A DNA stretch of 64,000 nt from Azolla caroliniana (lineage: Eukaryota; Plantae; Polypodiophyta). Below, one piece after another: positions 51,612 to 64,000 of this stretch; the first letter of the stretch is position 1, and each line of letters starts with the position of its first letter. The notes beneath the pieces were generated by a model that saw nothing but the letters and a program-made list of their open reading frames with translations, was not told the DNA's origin and searched no databases. The stretch covers positions 17,174,001 to 17,238,000 of the forward strand of contig JBHGNT010000008.1 in assembly GCA_043228905.1 (NCBI GenBank). Reading direction: 5' to 3'. Made by a program: the position numbers and the translations under genes.

Positions 51612-54600
51612 TGTTGGGATTACGGTCCCTTCGGATGGGATGGTCGGATATCGGAGATGAATGCCGACAAGCCCGGTTTCGGTTTCGGAACCGGATGATG
51701 AAGACCCCGGCTTCGGAGCCGGATGACGAATGTACCCGGAGCGAGATCCGGATGCGGGGACATATCTGTGAATATGTTTGCCAAGGGCCCTTGAGGCTAT
51801 AGTTGTAAATAGCCCCAAAGTCATATGTGTATAAATATGACTTAGGGCAAACAGTTTTAATGTTGCTACTCATTTTTCTGTTTTTCCACTCAAGAGGAGT
51901 GAAGAGAGAGCAGCCGTGAGAGAGATAGAGCGTGAGAGAGGAGGAGGTCGACGCCTCTGTGTATTTCCGCCGCCTGTGGCGAGGACAACGAGCTCAAGGT
52001 CGTCACCTTGCAGCTCGCCATTGTATATTTCTCTGTGCATAGTTTTGGTTTGGAGTCTTGTACTCCCGTGGTTTTTCCCGTCTAGGGTTTTCCACGTTAA
52101 TCCCTGTGTATTCGTGTTCTTTCTCTGTGGTTCCTATTTTCTGCTGCATTGATTCGTGCTTACTCGGTTGTGGCCGAGTGGTGAAGGTTAATCGGAGCGT
52201 CGATTGCTCTACAAACTGGTATCAGAGCGATTGCTGCAGAAAATGGAAGGCGGCGGCAGCGGGCAGCCGGGGATGATGGTGCTGAATGCGCAGAATTACG
52301 CCGACTGGAAGATTAAGATGGAGGATCTTCTGATTGTTCGGGACCTGTACGAACCGATCGACAGGTCGGAAATACCGAAGGGGGTACTTGAGTCGGAATG
52401 GAGGCTTCTGAACCGGAAAGCCGTAGCAACCATTCGGCAATACGTAGACGTGAGCGTTCTACAACATGTGGCGAACGACACCAACGCATATGAGATGTGG
52501 CGGAAGCTGTCGGGCCTCTACGAGAGGAAGAATGCGTTGAACCGGACCTCCCTGATGAGGAAGATAGTGAACCTCAAGTACCGGGACGGCGAGAGTATGG
52601 TGGAACACGTAAGCACGTTCATGGGATTCGTGAACCAGCTTGCGGCGATCAAGTTCCCGCTGGAGGATGCAATGGAAGCCATCATCCTGATGTGTACATT
52701 GCCGGAAAGCTGGGAGAACTTGGTGGTGACTCTCAGCACCTCCTGCACCGAAGATAACTTGTCCCTACAAACGGTAAAGACAAGTATTTTGAACGAAGAA
52801 GCGCGTCGGAGAGATAAAGAACCGGCCTCCGATCCGAAGATGTTGTTTACCGAATCGGATCGGGGAAGACAACGGAACCGGAGTCCGCAAAGACGGGAGA
52901 AGTCGGGGACCCGGTCGCAGTCAAGAGGAAGACCCACATGCTTCCACTGTGGGAAGCCGGGGCACTTCTGAAAGAATTGTCGGCATTACCGAAAAGACAA
53001 CGGAGCCGACGACACCGATTCGAAGAAGTCTTCGGAACGGAACGGTGCTTACCGGGGAGCCACGGACCGGAATGGTTCGGATCGGCGAGGGCAGGACAGG
53101 AAAGGAACGACGGCACTCGCGGCAAGTGAGGAAGAAATCATGCTCATCACTGAAGAAGGTGAGCTAAACATTGCCGGCGATGAGACGACCTGGGTGGTCG
53201 ATTCCGGAGCGTCGTTCCACCTGACCCCGGAGAAGAAATACTTCTCATCCTACACAGCCGGTGAGCACGGCTGTGTCCGGATGGGAAATGAAGGTACGTG
53301 CCGGATCGCCGGCATAGGAGACGTGTGGTTGACAACCTCGACCGGATGTAAAATGCTGCTGAAGGATGTCCGACACGTTCCGGAGGTTCGATTGAACCTG
53401 ATTTCGGCCGAGAGGCTAGACGATGAAGGCTACACAGGTAGCATCCGGAACGGCGTAATGAAGTTCAGCAAAGGGAGCCTGATAGTGGCTCGGGCCCGGA
53501 AGATCAACACACTGTACCTGATGAATGCCCGGTTATGTCCGGAAGAGCTGAATGTGGCAGCCGACACTGCCGGTGAGCTGTGGCACAAAAGACTGTGCCA
53601 CATGAGTGAGAAGGGGATGAAGAGGCTTGCAGAAGACAACCTTATTCCAGTGAAGCATGTGCACCTGGAGAAGTGCACCGATTGCCTGGCCGGTAAGCAG
53701 AACCGAACCTCCTTCCACTCAAGGCCACCGACGAGACGTAGCGCACCATTGGAGTTGGTGCACACCGATGTGTGTCAGGTAGAAACGAAGTCACATGGCG
53801 GAGCCCAGTACTTCGTAACATTCATAGATGATCATAGCCGAAGACTGTGGACGGCACCGATGAAGACAAAGGACCAAGTGTTGTCCGTCTTCAAAGAACT
53901 CCACGCGAGAGTGGAAAGAGAATCCGGCAAGAAGCTCAAAGCGATACGAGCGGATAACGGAGGGGAATACCGGGGACAGTTCCAGGAGTACTGTCGCTCG
54001 AAGGGAATCCGGCTCGAGTTTACTGTGCCGAAGACGCCGGAACTGAACGGGCTGGCCGAGAGGATGAATCGGACCATAATGGAGAGGGTCCGGAGTATGC
54101 TGGCGCATGCGGAATTACCCAAGGGGTTTTGGGCTGAGGCGATGTCAACGGCGACATACGTGATAAACAGATCACCCTCAGTACCTTTGGACGGAGACAC
54201 GCCGCAGAGAGTGTGGACCGGTAGGGAAGTATCCTACCGGCATCTGAAGGTGTTCGGGTGTCTCGCATACGTGCATGTGGCAAAGGACCGGAGAGGAAAG
54301 CTAGATCCAAAGACCCGGCCATGCATATTCCTCGGTTACGGCGATGACGAGTTCGGCTACCGAGTATGGGACCCGGTCGACAAGAAGATATTCCGGAGTC
54401 GTGATATCATCTTCATGGAGAACAAGACACTCCCCGACTGGGAGTCGGAGAAGAAGATGAAGAGCTCCAAGTAGACCGGTGAGGATCAACTCTACGAGGA
54501 GCAGTCCCGACCGGCAAGGGACCGGTTAGCACTCGAGGATCCGGCCGAAGACGGTGAAGAAACAAAACCGGCCGAAGAAGATGAAAATGATACCGGAACC

Positions 54601-56928
54601 GGCCCCGATCCCGAAATAGATTCGGATGAAGAAGAATCGGAAGAACCGGTTACCGAAGCTCCGGAACGGAGATATCCTCTAAGAGAGAGAAGGGCCCCCT
54701 GGAGATTTCCGGAACCAGAGCACCTGTTGCTAACCGACGAGGGGGAGCCGGAGAGCTTTGAAGAAGCAAAGCATGACACCCAGAGCCGCAGGTGGTTGAG
54801 TGCCATGCAGGACGAGATGGATTCCCTGCATGAGAACCACACATATGAACTTGTGGAGTTGCCGAAAGGAAAGCGGGCACTTCGAAACAAGTGGGTGTTC
54901 AAGCTGAAACCGGGAGATGCCGGAAACCCCCCGAGATACAAAGCCAGGATCGTGGTGAAGGGGTTTCAGCAAAAGAAGGGCGTCGACTTCGACGAGATAT
55001 TTGCCCCGGTAGTGAAGATGACCTCCATCCGGACGGTGCTGAGCATAGCGGCAAGCATGGACCTCGAGGTAGAACAGATGGACGTGAAGACGGCATTCCT
55101 TCACGGTGACCTCGAAGAAGAGATCTACATGCAGCAACCGGAAGGATTCGAGAAGAAAGGGAAGGAGCACCTGGTATGCCGGTTGAAGAAGAGCCTTTAC
55201 GGACTGAAGCAGGCTCCCCGGCAATGGTACCGGAAGTTCGACTCCTTCATGACCGACGAAGGGTACCTCAAAACGCAGTCCGACCACTGCGTGTTTGTGA
55301 AGAAGTTCGAAGGAGGAGACTTTCTAATACTCCTCCTGTACGTGGACGACATGTTGATCGTCGGACGGGACCAGGTCAAGATACGGATGCTGAAGAAGGC
55401 TCTTAACCGAACCTTCTCAATGAAGGACTTGGGTCCGGCGAGACAAATACTAGGGATGCACATCATCCGGGACCGGAGCAAGAAGCAGTTGTGGCTGTCA
55501 CAGGAGAAGTACGTGACAAAGGTGCTTAAACGGTTCAACATGTCGGAAGCAAGGCCGGTCGGATCGACCCTCCCGGCAAACTGCAAGCTGTCCAACAAGC
55601 AAAGTCCCAAGACAAAGGCTGAAAAGGAGGATATGATGAAAGTGCCGTATGCCTCAGCCGTCGGGAGCTTGATGTACGCCATGGTGTGTACGAGACCGGA
55701 CATAGGATATGCAGTCGGAGTGGTGAGCCGGTACATGAGCAATCCCGGCAAAGAGCATTGGAACGCGGCCAAGTGGATACTCCGATACCTGAAGGGCACG
55801 GCAAACGTGTGCCTCCGATTCGGCTCCGGTAAGCCCGAACTCGACGGCTTCACCGATTCGGATATGTCGGCTGATGCAGATACCAGCCGGTCCACATCAG
55901 GGTATGTGATGACGTATGCAGGGGGAGCTGTTTCATGGCAGTCGAGGCTGCAGAAGACGGTTGCGTTGTCAACCACGGAGGCGGAGTACATGGCGGCTGT
56001 TGAAGCCGGCAAGGAAATAATATGGATGAAGGACTTCATTAGAGAGCTCGGTATCCGACAGGAGGAGTACCGACTCTACTGCGACAGTCAGAGTGCAATC
56101 CACCTTGCGAAGAACGCAGCCTATCACTCCCGGACGAAGCACATCCAGCGAAGATATCACTGGATCCGGGAAAGGATAGAAGACAAGGAGTTCGTGCTGA
56201 CGAAGGTCCACACGGACGAGAACGGGTCGGATATGCTGACCAAGGTGCTCACGCCCGACAAGCTGGAAGCATGCCGGAAGAGGATCGGATTGGAGAGACA
56301 TCCCATGCCGAAGTGAAGGGGGAGTTTGTTGGGATTACGGTCCCTTCGGATGGGATGGTCGGATATCGGAGATGAATGCCGACAAGCCCGGTTTCGGTTT
56401 CGGAACCGGATGATGAAGACCCCGGCTTCGGAGCCGGATGACGAATGTACCCGGAGCGAGATCCGGATGCGGGGACATATCTGTGAATATGTTTGCCAAG
56501 GGCCCTTGAGGCTATAGTTGTAAATAGCCCCAAAGTCATATGTGTATAAATATGACTTAGGGCAAACAGTTTTAATGTTGCTACTCATTTTTCTGTTTTT
56601 CCACTCAAGAGGAGTGAAGAGAGAGCAGCCGTGAGAGAGATAGAGCGTGAGAGAGGAGGAGGTCGACGCCTCTGTGTATTTCCGCCGCCTGTGGCGAGGA
56701 CAACGAGCTCAAGGTCGTCGCCTTGCAGCTCGCCATTGTATATTTCTCTGTGCATAGTTTTGGTTTGGAGTCTTGTACTCCCGTGGTTTTTCCCGTCTAG
56801 GGTTTTCCACGTTAATCCCTGTGTATTCGTGTTCTTTCTCTGTGGTTCCTATTTTCTGCTGCATTGATTCGTGCTTACTCGGTTGTGGCCGAGCGGTGAA
56901 GGTTAATCGGAGCGTCGATTACTCTACA
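51612..56928 (+). mobile_element. Element M: young full-length Ty1/copia inside LTR1 of K
   Basis: 602-bp LTRs 51612-52213 and 56327-56928 with ~3 mismatches; TSD GAAAA; PBS TGGTATCAGAGC at 52217; PPT GAAGGGGGAG. Confidence 0.97.
52243..56316 (+). pseudogene. Gag-PR-IN-RT-RH polyprotein of M (1357 codons, two premature stops)
   Basis: ORFs 52204-52971, 53140-54474 and 54727-56316 share one frame, with stops TGA 52969 and TAG 54472. Motifs CFHCGKPGH, WVVDSGAS, ADNGGEY, LLLYVDDM, TKHIQRRYH. Confidence 0.95.
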
Positions 56929-59900
56929 GAAAATGGGTAATGAACACACGACACAGTGAAGAGAAGAGTACACAGGATGTTAACATGGAAAAACCCAAAC
57001 TAGGGAAAAACCACGGCAGCCCACAAACTGCAAAACTATCACTATATCACAATGTACATCAGTAAAGCACCTAGGCAACGACCTCAAGCTTGCTATCTTC
57101 GGCACAGGCGCCGGTTACAACAGAGGCCACGACCTCTTCCTCTCTCTCTCTCTCTTTACACAGTTACGCACTCAAATCTTGCACCAACAAGAATGACAAC
57201 TACAGTCTAAGTTTGCCCTAAGTCATATTTATACTAATATGACTTTTCGGCCATTTACAAATATAGCCCCAATGGACTCTAAGAAACATATTTACGAATA
57301 TGTCCCTTCATCCGGTGAGCACTCCTCACCGGGCCTGCATCATCCGACCCTTGTCGGGCACTCGTCATCCGGTTCTCACCGGGTCTTCACCATCCAGCTC
57401 TTGTTGGGCACTCGTCATCCGGTTCTCACCGGGTCTTCACCATCCGGCTCTTGCAAGGAACTCGTCATCCGGTTCTCACCGGGTCTTCTCACTTCCCATC
57501 CGGAGGAACCTGTTTCCTAACAAACTCCCCCTTCACTCCGGCATGGGATGTCTTACTAGTCTGATCCGCTTCCGACATGCATCCAGCTTGTCGGGTATCA
57601 GCACTTTGGTCAGCATATCTGACCCGTTCTCCGCCGTATGGATCTTTGTCAGCGCGAACTCTCTATCTTCTACTCGCTCCCGAATCCAGTGATACCTACA
57701 CTGGATGTGCTTCGTCCTGGAGTAGTACGTTGCGTTCTTAGCAAGGTGGATGGCACTTTGATTGTCGCAATAGAACCGGTATTCATCTTGCCAGATACCG
57801 AGCTCTCCGATGAAGTCCTTCATCCATAGTATTTCCTTGCCGGTTTCCACAACCGCCATGTACTCCGCTTCTGTGGTTGACAACGCAACCGTCTTCTGCA
57901 GCCTCGATTGCGATGAAATAGCTCCCCCTGCATATGTCATTACATACCCGGATGTAGACCGGCTGGTATCCACATCAACCGACATGTCCGAATCAGTAAA
58001 ACCGTCAAGTTGAGGTTTACCGGAGCCGAATCAGAGACACATGTTCGAAGTGCCCTTCAAGCACCGTAGTATCCATTTCACCGCGTTCCAGTGCTCCTTG
58101 CCGGGATTGCTCATAAACCGACTCACCACTCCGACTGCGTATCCTATATCCGGTCGGGTACACACCATTGCGTACATTAAGCTCCCGACAGCAAAGGCAT
58201 ATGGAACCTTCATCATATCAGCCTTCTCTGCTTTCGCCTTCGGGCTTTGCTTACCGGATAATTTGCAGTTTGGCGGGAGTGTCGATCCAACCGGTTTTGC
58301 TTCTAACATGTTGAACTGTTGAAGCACCTTTACCACGTATTTCTCCTGTGACAGCCACAATTGCTTCATTGGCCGGTTCCAAATGATATGGATCCCCAGC
58401 ATCTGTCTTGCCAGACCGAAGTCTTTCATTGAGAAGGTTCGATTGAGAGCCTTCTTCAGCATCTGTATTTTGGCTTGGTCCCATCCGACGATCAACATGT
58501 CGTGCACGTACAAAAGGAGTATCAGGAAGTCGCCTCCTTCGAACTTCTTCACGAACACGCAATGATCGGCCTGCGTCTTGTGGTAACCTTGATCGGTCAT
58601 GAAGGAGTTGAACTTCCGGTACCATTGTCGAGGAGCCTGCTTCAGTCCGTACAGGCTCTTCTTCAACCGGCAAACCAGGTGCTCCTTCCCTTTCTCCACG
58701 AATCCTTCCGATTGCTGCATGTAGATCTCCTCTTCAAGGTCACCATGAAGAAATGTCGTCTTCACGTCCAGTTGCTCTACCTCGAGGTCCATGCTTGCCG
58801 CTATACTCAACACCGTCCGGATGGAGGTCATCTTTACTACCGGGGCAAATATCTCGTCGAAGTCCATGCCCTTCTTCTATTGGAACCCCTTCACCACAAT
58901 CTTGGCTTTGTATCTTGGGGGGTTGCCGGCATCTCCTGGTTTCAACTTGTACACCCACTTGTTTCAGAGTGCCCGCTTTCCTTTCGGCAACTCCACCAAT
59001 TCGTACGTATGGTTCTCATGGAGGGAATCCATCTCATCCTGCATGGCACTTAACCATTTGTGGTTGTGGGTGTCATCCTTCACTTCTTCGAAGCTTTCCG
59101 GCTCTCCCTCATTGGTCAACAGCACATGCTCTGCATCCGGAAATCTCCGGGGGGGCCTTCTCTCTCGGAGAGGATATCTCTGTCTTTGGCCTTCGGCAAC
59201 CGGCTCCACTATTTGTTCTTCATCCGAATCTGATTCGGGGTCTTGGCCGGTTCCGATTTCAGCTTCCTCTACTTCTTCTTCTGTCGGTTCGGTATCCTCA
59301 CCATAACCGACTGGTTCCTCGAGTGTCAACCGGCTCTTAGCCGGGTGTGTCCGAATCTCATCGGAGTTCATTATCTTCTTCTCCAACTCCCAGTCGGCAA
59401 GAGTCTTGTCCTCCATGAAGATAATATCTCGACTCCGGAAAGCCTTCTTGTCAACCGGATCCAACACTCCGTAGCCGAACTCATCATCGCCGTATCCAAG
59501 GAATATGCATTGCCGGGTCTTTGGGTCCAACTTTCCTCTCCGGTCCTTAGCAAAATGCACATACATGAGACACTCGAACACCTTCAAGTGATGGTAGGAA
59601 ACTTCCTTACCAGTCCACACCTTCTGTAGTGTGTCTCCATCCAAGGGCATTGAGGGTGATCTGTCTATCACATACGTCGTTGTTGACAGCGCCTCAGCCC
59701 AAAACATCTTGGGTAATTTTGCATGCGCCAACATACTCCGAACCCTCTCCATTATGGTCCGGTTCATCCTCTCGGCCAGCCCGTTTAGTTCCGGCATCTT
59801 CGGCACGGTAAATTCGAGCGGGATTCCCTTCGAGCGCCAATACTCCTCGAACTGCCCCCGGTATTCACCTCCATTATCTGCTCGAACCGCCTTCAGCTTC

Positions 59901-62900
59901 CGGCCGGTTTCTCTTTCCACTCTCGCGTGGAGCTCTTTGAAGACGAATAACACCTGATCCTTCGTCTTCAACGATGTGGCCCACAGCTTCCGGTTGTTGT
60001 CATCTATGAACGTCACGAAGTACTGCGATCCGGCATGTGACTTCGTGTCCACTTGACATACATCAGTATGCACCAACTCCAGTGGTGCATTACGTCTCAT
60101 CAGTGGCCTCAATCGGAAAGAGGTCTGATTTTGTTTACCGGCCAAACAATCATTGCACATTCTTCACTGGAATGAGGTTGTCGTCTGCAAGCCTCTTCAT
60201 CCCCTTCTCGCTCATGTGACACACCCTCTTGTGCCACAACTCACCGGCAGTGTCGGAAGCCATGTTCATTTCTTTCGGGCATAACCGGGCATTCATCAGG
60301 TACAACGTGTTTACCTTCCGGGCCCGAGCCACAATCAGGCTCCCTTTGCTGAACTTCATAACACCGTTCCAGATGCTACCCGTGTAGCCTTCATCATCTA
60401 GCCGACCGGCTGATATAAGGTTCAGATGAACCTCTAGAATGTGTCGGACATCCTTCAGCAGCTGCTTGAATCCGGTTGGTGTTGTCAACCACACGTCTCC
60501 TATGCCGACAATTCAGCATGTACCTTCATTCCCCATCCGGACACAACCGTGATCACCGGTTGAGTAGGATGAGAAGCATTTCCGGTTCGGGGTAAGGTGG
60601 AACGACGCTCCGGAGTCGACCACCCAGGTCATCTCGTCGCCGGCAAGGTTTATCTCACTCTCCTCGGTGATGAGCATCAACTCTTCTTCACTTGCCGCAA
60701 TTGCCGTTGTTCCCTTTCAGTCCGTTCCCCTCCGGTCTTTACCATTCCAGTCCGGTGTCTGCTTCGAATCGGTACCATCGGTTACCTTGTCTTTTCGGAA
60801 GTGCCGACAGTTCTTCCGGAAGTGTCCCGACTTGCCGCAATAGAAGCAGGTAGGCCTCCCCCTTGACTTTGATCGTGTCCCCGACTTCTCCCGGTTCTGG
60901 GGACTACGGTTCCTTTGTCTTCCGCGTTCTGATTCGGTAAGGAGAGCTTTGGAGTAGGAGCTCGTATCCTTATCTTTCCGACGCGCCTCCTCATCTAGCA
61001 AGCTCGACTTCACTCTTGATAGGGATAACCGTTTTCCTTCTGGCCCAGCGTTGCCCAAAGTGACAACCAACGTCTCCCAGCTATCTGGGAGGGAACCGAG
61101 CAGGAGTAGTGCTAGTACCTCATCGGCGAGAGGTACTTCCAATGATGTTGCCTGGTGGATCAGCCCCTGGAAGGCATTCATGTGCTCCGCCATGCTGGAG
61201 CCATCTTGGTATCGGAGTCTTACTAGTTTCCGAAATACCGAAACATGATTAACAACATTTTTGTTTTGAAACATAATGTCTATCTTCTCCCAGAGCTCAA
61301 TAGCCTTGCTCTCTTCATTGAAGTTGTTGTATAGACTCATGTCAATGAAGCACCGTATGTACGTCGTTGTCTTCATGTGCATCACCTCCCATATCATGGC
61401 GTTGATTTTGTCTGGTCTCTTGTCCCCGAACTGAACTACCAACCAAAGATCTTTAACCACAAGCATGTCCCTCATCTTCGACTTCCACACCGAATAGTTG
61501 GAGCTGGTGAGATTGAACATGCGTCCAAACGAATCGTCCATTTTCTGTGTCGTTTTGCTCTGACACCACTTTGACAGGAATACACGCTCCCAATGAACAA
61601 CGCTCGGCCACAACCGAGTCTAGGATCAAACACAGAAAACTGGTAATGAACACACAACACAGTGAAGAGAAGAGTACACAGGATGTTAACGTGGAAAAAC
61701 CCAAACTAGGGAAAAACCACGACAACCCACAGACTGCAAAACTATCACTATATCACAATGTACATCAGTAAAGCACCGAGGCAACGACCTCGAGCTTGCT
61801 ATCTTCACCACAATCGCCAGTTGCAACAAAGGCCACGACCTCGTCCTCTCTCTCTCTCTCTCTATACACAGTTACGCACTCAAATCTTGCACCAACAAGA
61901 ATGACAACTACAGTCTAAGTTTGCCCTAAGTCATATTTATACTAATATGACTTTTCGGCTATTTACAAATATAGCCCCAATGGACTCTCAGAAACATATT
62001 TACGAATATGTCCCTTCATCGGGTGAGCACTCCTCACCGGGCCTGCATCATTCGGCCCTTGCCGGGCACTCGTCATCCGGTTCTCACCGGGTCTTCACCA
62101 TCCGGCTCTTGTTGGGCACTTGTCATCCGGTTCTCACCGGGTCTTCACCATCCGGCTCTTGCCGGGCACTCATCATCCAATTCTCACCGGGTCTTCCTTG
62201 CCGGGTACTCCACATCCGGTTCTCACCAGGTCTTCTCACTTCCCATCCGGGGCCCAGGACTCCGCACGCCCTGAGTCATCCCTCTACCCGTTTTTTACAG
62301 GAATACACGCTCCCGATGAACAACGCTCGGCCACAACCGAGTCTAGGATCAAACACCGAAAATGGGTAATGAACACACGACACAGTGAAGAGAAGAGTAC
62401 ACAGGATGTTAACGTGGAAAAACCCAAACTAGGGAAAAACCATGACAGCCCACAGACTGCAAAACTATCACTATATCACAATGTACATCGGTAAAGCACC
62501 GAGGCAACGACCTCAAGCTTGCTATCTTCACCACAGGCGCCGGTTACAACAGAGGCAACGACCTCTTCCTCTCTCTCTCTCTCTCTATACACAGTTACGC
62601 ACTCAAATCTTGCACCAACAAGAATGACAACTACAATCTAAGTTTGCCCTAAGTCATATTTATACTAATATGACTTTTTGGCTATTTACAAATATAGCCC
62701 CAATGGACTCTAAGAAACATATTTACGAATATGTCCCTTCATCGGGTGAGCACTCCTCACCGAGCCTGCATCATCCGGCCCTTGCCAGGCACTCGTCATC
62801 CGGTTCTCACCAGGTCTTCACCATCCGGTTCTCACTGGGTCTTCACCATCCGGCTCTTGTCGGGCACTCGTCATCAGGTTCTCACCGGGTCTTCCTTGTC

Positions 62901-63334
62901 GGGTACTCCACATCCGGTTCTCACTGGGTCTTCTCACTTCCCATCCGGAGGGACCTGTTTCCTATTAGTTTCTTCTCCCGGCCGTTAATGTCGGTTGTCT
63001 TACAACCTCCATTGTCGGAGAATCAAAATTCCCTACCTATTGTATAGGAATTCCTTCCTATGGTACACGTGCGGGGTGTTTCTAGGGTGTTCAAACTAAA
63101 AATCCCCTCGGCTTGATAGCCCTCTCTAAAAATCCCCTCGGCTTTCGCTACCGAGGGTCTCTCGGTTACGCTTGTGGTTCGGTCGCACCGTCAGAAATTG
63201 GACAGATTGTCTCCCATCTTGGCTCTTCATGCGCGCGTACGCCGATCCGTTATCCACCAACTTTGTCTCCATGCATGCTGCCCTAATGTACGGTTGTCCG
63301 AGTATCACCGGATGCGAGGATGTCTCCTGCACGA

Positions 63335-63515
63335 TGTCGTGAAGATTTTCGTCCACGAGCGGAAACTCGAGCAACAACAGCCAAAGAGCGATGTGCAACG
63401 TTGCATACGTACATAATGTATTTGTAATAATAATAGGGGTAAAGGGTATGGTGCTAGAAATGCCCCATAAGATCCCTAAGGTATAAAGGCGATGTGCTCT
63501 TGTGCGCACATCCAC

Positions 63516-63551
<36 letters not shown>

Positions 63552-64000
63552 CTATGCGGTACATAGGTACCTAGTCGTTTGTGAGGAGGTGGGAGTTAAG
63601 GGGCCATCAATCTCACCCTCCCCCAAATCAAGGCAAATATTCCCTTTGAATGAAAGGGGATATTTTAGTCTCACTTTGTAAACGGTCTTCCCTCCTTGTG
63701 CTATAAAAGGAGAGGGAAGGCACCATTGTAAGGGTTGCCTATTTTGAGTGTGCAAGGTATACCACATAGGTCGAGCGTTAGGGTTAGGGTTAGGGTTTCG
63801 AGTAGTCATTTGGGGCGGCCTATGTGGCCACCATTTTGTAATCGTTCATCTCGTTTTGAATACATCTTGTTGTTCATCTTGTCTCCATCTTCCTCTTGTT
63901 TCTTCTTCTTCTTGAGCAAAGCTTCCATTCCGTGTCTGATTCCTTCTCCTCTACTCCTTAGTCCAAGACCCCCGTGGTCCCGCCCTTCTCCACGCACGCG
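63335..64000 (+). mobile_element. LTR L (F family) inserted in the protease region of G, runs off the window end
   Basis: Starts TGTCGTGAAGATT. The window ends in CCAAGACCCCCGTGGTCCCGCCCTTCTCCACGCACGCG, the reverse complement of the F LTR terminus. Contains (GA)n at 63518-63548. Confidence 0.85.

Larger units (their letters stand above)
51544..62967 (-). mobile_element. Element K: Ty1/copia with three LTRs, inserted in G
   Basis: LTR1 51544-51611 plus 56929-57522, LTR2 61572-62250, LTR3 62295-62967; outer TSD GTTTC; PBS GCTCTGACACCA at 61557-61568; gag-pol fragments 57533-61541. Confidence 0.88.
48449..64000 (-). mobile_element. Element G: decayed Ty3/gypsy with pol (hosts K, M and L; 5' part extends beyond the window)
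   Basis: 3' LTR 48449-49076 (TGTCGT..ACGACA) and PPT TGGTGGGGGTGGA. IN 49150-50480 (HH..CxxC, ADRGE, AYNPEANGKVERGH), RH end (TDCLP..RWIAYIK..HISGK.N..D), RT start (PYSNRWF..KK..LR...DLQPVNKVTIRN), protease tail (VILGQPY) at 63126-63334. Confidence 0.88.

Noticed and set aside
52969-54474. The two stops in M as recoding signals
   Set aside because: Paralogues have sense codons there (CAG/CGG in the knuckle, TCG/TCA in the linker), so these are point mutations.
63777-63798. TTAGGG x3 as a telomere remnant
   Set aside because: It lies within LTR L, and similar AAACCCTA tracts recur in related LTRs (8750-8840, 37580-37710).

Overview
This is eukaryotic nuclear DNA from a land plant, probably a fern or other non-seed plant (inferred from the TE families, not proven). 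There is one host gene, a 3-exon nucleus-encoded plastid ribosomal protein S20 (3114-5234, 190 aa). It is flanked by decayed L1-type LINE fragments (~0.6-2.4 kb) and a Penelope-like RT with no visible GIY-YIG endonuclease (6.6-8.3 kb). Everything from ~8.45 kb to the end is one retrotransposon nest up to 5 layers deep, resolved here by LTR pairs, PBS/PPT and target-site duplications (TSDs). The nest contains six tRNA-iMet-primed Ty1/copia elements with 5-bp TSDs (A, B, C, O, K, M; M is near-intact) and one Tat-like Ty3/gypsy with an extra RNase H (N). It also contains a coherent group of gypsy-type LTR elements with TGTCG...CGACA ends, 4-bp TSDs centred on CpG and, where visible, a tRNA-Trp PBS. 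That group comprises a decayed pol-bearing member with fungal Ylt1-like motifs (G), two gag-only members (E, very young with an intact 623-aa ORF; F) and several solo or partial LTRs. One LTR family carries a tRNA-like A-box/B-box cassette, and another has spawned a 36-bp TTAGGG-containing minisatellite that was then hit twice at the same ACGT. This group is the best candidate for an undescribed system. Letter names are mine. All alignments were done by eye.
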